DNA of 9,588 nucleotides from a virus (Duplodnaviria; Heunggongvirae; Uroviricota; Caudoviricetes): IMG/VR virus record IMGVR_UViG_2778261639_000016; one strand, 5' to 3'. Shown piece by piece: positions 7,663 to 9,588 of this stretch (position 1 is its first letter; each line of letters starts with the position of its first letter). The notes under the pieces were generated by a model. It saw only the letters and a program-made list of their open reading frames with translations, ran no database searches and was not told where the DNA came from. The position numbers and the translations under genes were made by a program.

Positions 7663-7919
7663 TGCCTCCATCATTACGAAAAGCCGTTGCTGCTGCTATT
7701 GGTGGCGGAGCAATTGCTATAGCATCAGTGTTAATCACTGGCTCAAGTGGTAACGATGGTCTGGAGGGTGTCAGCTACATACCATACAAAGATATTGTTG
7801 GTGTATGGACTGTATGTCACGGGCATACAGGAAAAGACATCATGCTCGGTAAAACGTATAACCGCGATTATCTCCGCTCTGGTTATCTGCATCATCGTCT
7901 GCCTGTCATGGGCTGTTAA
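7662..7919 (+). pseudogene. rrrD: Truncated SAR endolysin (R21/RrrD-like): N-terminal 66 aa retained, then frame runs into Rz DNA
   Basis: Start overlaps the essD stop; SAR-type Gly/Ala-rich N-terminus and lysozyme catalytic spacing E35-x8-D44-x5-T50 are present, but after ...MLGKTY (near 7860) the ORF reads the Rz transmembrane region out of frame and stops at 85 aa. Full T4-lysozyme-fold endolysins of this type are about 165 aa. Confidence 0.7.
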
Positions 7920-8310
7920 TCATTACCGTGATAACGCCATTACCTACAAAGCCCAGCGCGACAAAAATGCCAGAGAACTGAAGCTGGCGAACGCGGCAAT
8001 TACTGACATGCAGATGCGTCAGCGTGATGTTGCTGCGCTCGATGCAAAATACACGAAGGAGTTAGCTGATGCGAAAGCTGAAAATGATGCTCTGCGTGAT
8101 GATGTTGCCGCTGGTCGTCGTCGGTTGCACATCAAAGCAGTCTGTCAGTCAGTGCGTGAAGCCACCACCGCCTCCGGCGTGGATAATGCAGCCTCCCCCC
8201 GACTGGCAGACACCGCTGAACGGGATTATTTCACCCTCAGAGAGAGGCTGATCACTATGCAAAAACAACTGGAAGGAACCCAGAAGTATATTAATGAGCA
8301 GTGCAGATAG
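7861..8310 (+). CDS. rzpD: Rz i-spanin, lacking its native start codon and first ~4 codons (fused to the endolysin remnant)
   Basis: From 7861 this frame encodes [24 protein letters not shown]... through ...YINEQCR, matching recalled RzpD from residue 5 on; transmembrane segment, coiled-coil region and C-terminal Cys intact. The only upstream in-frame ATG (7747) lies inside endolysin-derived DNA. Confidence 0.7.
   Translation, partial: TAIISALVICIIVCLSWAVNHYRDNAITYKAQRDKNARELKLANAAITDMQMRQRDVAALDAKYTKELADAKAENDALRDDVAAGRRRLHIKAVCQSVREATTASGVDNAASPRLADTAERDYFTLRERLITMQKQLEGTQKYINEQCR
8069..8251 (+). CDS. rzoD: Rz1 o-spanin lipoprotein, embedded in the +1 frame of Rz
   Basis: 60 aa; lipobox VVGC; proline-rich mature part ([17 protein letters not shown]); entirely nested inside the Rz coding region, the classic Rz/Rz1 arrangement. 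Confidence 0.9.
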   Translation: MRKLKMMLCVMMLPLVVVGCTSKQSVSQCVKPPPPPAWIMQPPPDWQTPLNGIISPSERG

Positions 8311-8341
8311 AGCTGCCCATATCGATGGGCAACTCATGCAA

Positions 8342-8635
8342 TTATTGTGAGCAATACACACGCGCTTCCAGCGGAGTATAAATGCCTAAAGTAATAAAAC
8401 CGAGCAATCCATTTACGAATGTTTGCTGGGTTTCTGTTTTAACAACATTTTCTGCACCACCACAAATTTTTGCTGCATCGACAGTTTTCTTCTGCCCAAT
8501 TCCCGAAACGAAGAAATGATGGGTGATGGTTTCCTTTGGTATTACTGCTGTAGGTTTGTTTCCAACAGTAAACGTCTGTTGAGCACATCCTGTAATAAGC
8601 ATTGCCAGAGCGGCAGAAAACAACATTTTTTTCAT
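8342..8635 (-). CDS. borD: Bor outer-membrane lipoprotein (serum-resistance family)
   Basis: ATG at 8635 gives 97 aa, MKKMLFSAALAMLITGCAQQ..., with lipobox ITGC; matches recalled lambda Bor / DLP12 BorD. The track ORF 8342..8683 includes a 16-codon upstream extension that is not used. Confidence 0.9.
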   Translation of the reverse strand: MKKMLFSAALAMLITGCAQQTFTVGNKPTAVIPKETITHHFFVSGIGQKKTVDAAKICGGAENVVKTETQQTFVNGLLGFITLGIYTPLEARVYCSQ

Positions 8636-8802
8636 CTTATTATCCTGCATTGTTAAAAACGGCAGAATCCTATGTGACAACAATTAAACGATAGTTAAAT
8701 GGATTGATGAAAATTAAAACTATATAGGTGGATGCTCAGCCTATTGGAGGAGGGGGGGCACTCAGAATCCTGTGGAATGAAATAAACCGCTCTATCTGCC
8801 CA

Positions 8803-9027
8803 TTACCCTTTTAGCTGCGCTGTATCGTCGCCGTATTCCCGCATTAACCATGACCGTAGCCCGACGGGGAATTCCTTCTGCGTGAGTGTGCGGGAATAAT
8901 CAAAAACGATGCACACCGGGTTTTTACCGCGTTTATGGTTCGCGGGGGTGTCCCTCATGCTCGCCAGTCCTGTGCGGGGGTGGAAGAAACAGGACGTGTA
9001 TTCAGGTCTGTGTGACTGTGGTCGCAA
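8803..9027 (-). CDS. Hypothetical ORF between bor and cos, possibly a gene remnant
   Basis: 74-aa ORF with a TTG start, bounded upstream by an in-frame stop at 9040-9042; first ATG would give only 51 aa; no clear SD. GC-rich, unlike flanking DNA. The bor-to-cos interval is much shorter than in lambda. Confidence 0.2.
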   Translation of the reverse strand: MRPQSHRPEYTSCFFHPRTGLASMRDTPANHKRGKNPVCIVFDYSRTLTQKEFPVGLRSWLMREYGDDTAQLKG

Positions 9028-9079
9028 GACTTTTGTCGTTCAGCTATTAAATCCCATTACGAAGTAGACCAGAACGGCC

Positions 9080-9290
9080 AACGGGTCCTTTCCGGCGATC
9101 CGACAGGTTACGGGGCGGCGACCTCGCGGGTTTTCGCTATTTATGAAAATTTTCCGGTTTAAGGCGTTTCCGTTCTTCTTCTTCGTAACTTAATGTTTTT
9201 ATTTAAAACACCCCCTGAAAAGAAAGGAAACGACAGGTGCTGAAAACGGGCTTTTTGGCCTCTGTCGTTTCCTTTCTCTGTTTTTGTCCG
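9080..9290 (+). other. cos packaging site (cosQ-cosN-cosB) of lambda type
   Basis: ACGGGTCCTTTCCGGCGATCCGACAGGTTACG followed by GGGCGGCGACCT (cosN cohesive-end sequence, 9113-9124), then CGCGGGTTTTCGCTATTTATGAAAATTTTCCGGTTTAAGGCGTTTCCGTTCTTC with repeated CGTTTCC / GGAAACG elements resembling terminase-binding R sites, immediately upstream of the Nu1 start. Near-identical to the lambda left end as recalled. Confidence 0.85.
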
Positions 9291-9301
9291 TGGAATGAAC
9301 A

Positions 9302-9588
9302 ATGGAAGTCAACAAAAAGCAGCTGGCTGACATTTTCGGCGCGAGTATCCGTACCATTCAGAACTGGCAGGAGCAGGGAATGCCCGTTCTGCGAGGCGGT
9401 GGGAAGGGTAATGAGGTGCTTTATGACTCTGCCGCCGTCATAAAATGGTATGCCGAAAGGGATGCTGAAATTGAGAACGAAAAGCTGCGCCGGGAGGTTG
9501 AAGAACTGCGACAGGCCAGCGAGACAGATCTCCAGCCAGGGACTATTGAGTACGAACGCCATCGACTTACGCGTGCGCAGGCCGACGC
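9302..9588 (+). CDS. nohD: Terminase small subunit (lambda Nu1 homolog), 3' end beyond the window
   Basis: Translation [95 protein letters not shown] matches the recalled lambda Nu1 N-terminus including its winged-HTH region; the frame is still open at the window end. Confidence 0.9.
   Translation, partial: MEVNKKQLADIFGASIRTIQNWQEQGMPVLRGGGKGNEVLYDSAAVIKWYAERDAEIENEKLRREVEELRQASETDLQPGTIEYERHRLTRAQAD

Noticed and set aside
7747-7860. N-terminal extension of the Rz ORF ([15 protein letters not shown]...) in the 187-aa track ORF
   Set aside because: This part is an alternative-frame reading of endolysin-derived DNA, not a native Rz N-terminus; whether the ATG at 7747 is actually used is unknown.
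8149-8361. 70-aa minus-strand ORF antisense to Rz/Rz1
   Set aside because: Antisense to two overlapping well-supported genes; Gly/Cys-rich artefact of the proline-rich Rz1 region.
8423-8656. 77-aa plus-strand ORF overlapping bor
   Set aside because: Antisense to bor, which matches a known lipoprotein; Cys/Phe-rich nonsense translation.
8741-8762. G-rich tract GGAGGAGGGGGGGCAC upstream of bor
   Set aside because: A single short homopolymer or SD-like run with no repeat structure; not a CRISPR or other repeat array.
9203-9562. 119-aa minus-strand ORF and 68-aa plus-strand ORF (9237..9443) over cosB and the Nu1 start
   Set aside because: They overlap the cos site and the out-of-frame or antisense Nu1 coding region; the + strand Nu1 frame from 9302 is the real gene.
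1-9588. CRISPR arrays, tRNA or rRNA genes
   Set aside because: No regularly spaced direct repeats and no cloverleaf-like or rRNA-like sequences were seen; Stx-phage-type tRNA genes are absent from the Q-S region.

Overview
This window reads as the right arm of a DLP12-type cryptic lambdoid prophage of Escherichia coli, running on the + strand from the tail of a recombinase-like gene to the first codons of the terminase small subunit. Order: ybcL-ybcM moron pair, a translationally coupled nin block (ylcH, ybcN, ninE, ybcO, rusA, ylcG), antiterminator quuD with an intrinsic terminator behind it, a ~2.8 kb AT-rich cargo insert, then a phage-21-type lysis cassette (essD, endolysin, Rz/Rz1), bor on the minus strand, a lambda-type cos site and the start of a Nu1 homolog. 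The most interesting part is the cargo at the Q-to-lysis junction (4500-7258), where K-12 DLP12 carries nmpC: a Blc-like lipocalin lipoprotein, a DUF523/DUF1722 protein with a TudS-like cysteine pattern, and an AppY-like AraC regulator broken by a frameshift in a T7 run. The endolysin also appears truncated by a deletion that fuses it to Rz, so the prophage looks lysis-defective despite an intact holin, spanin and cos. All identifications come from reading the sequence and recalled protein families; no database search was run. No CRISPR array, tRNA/rRNA gene or IS element was seen.
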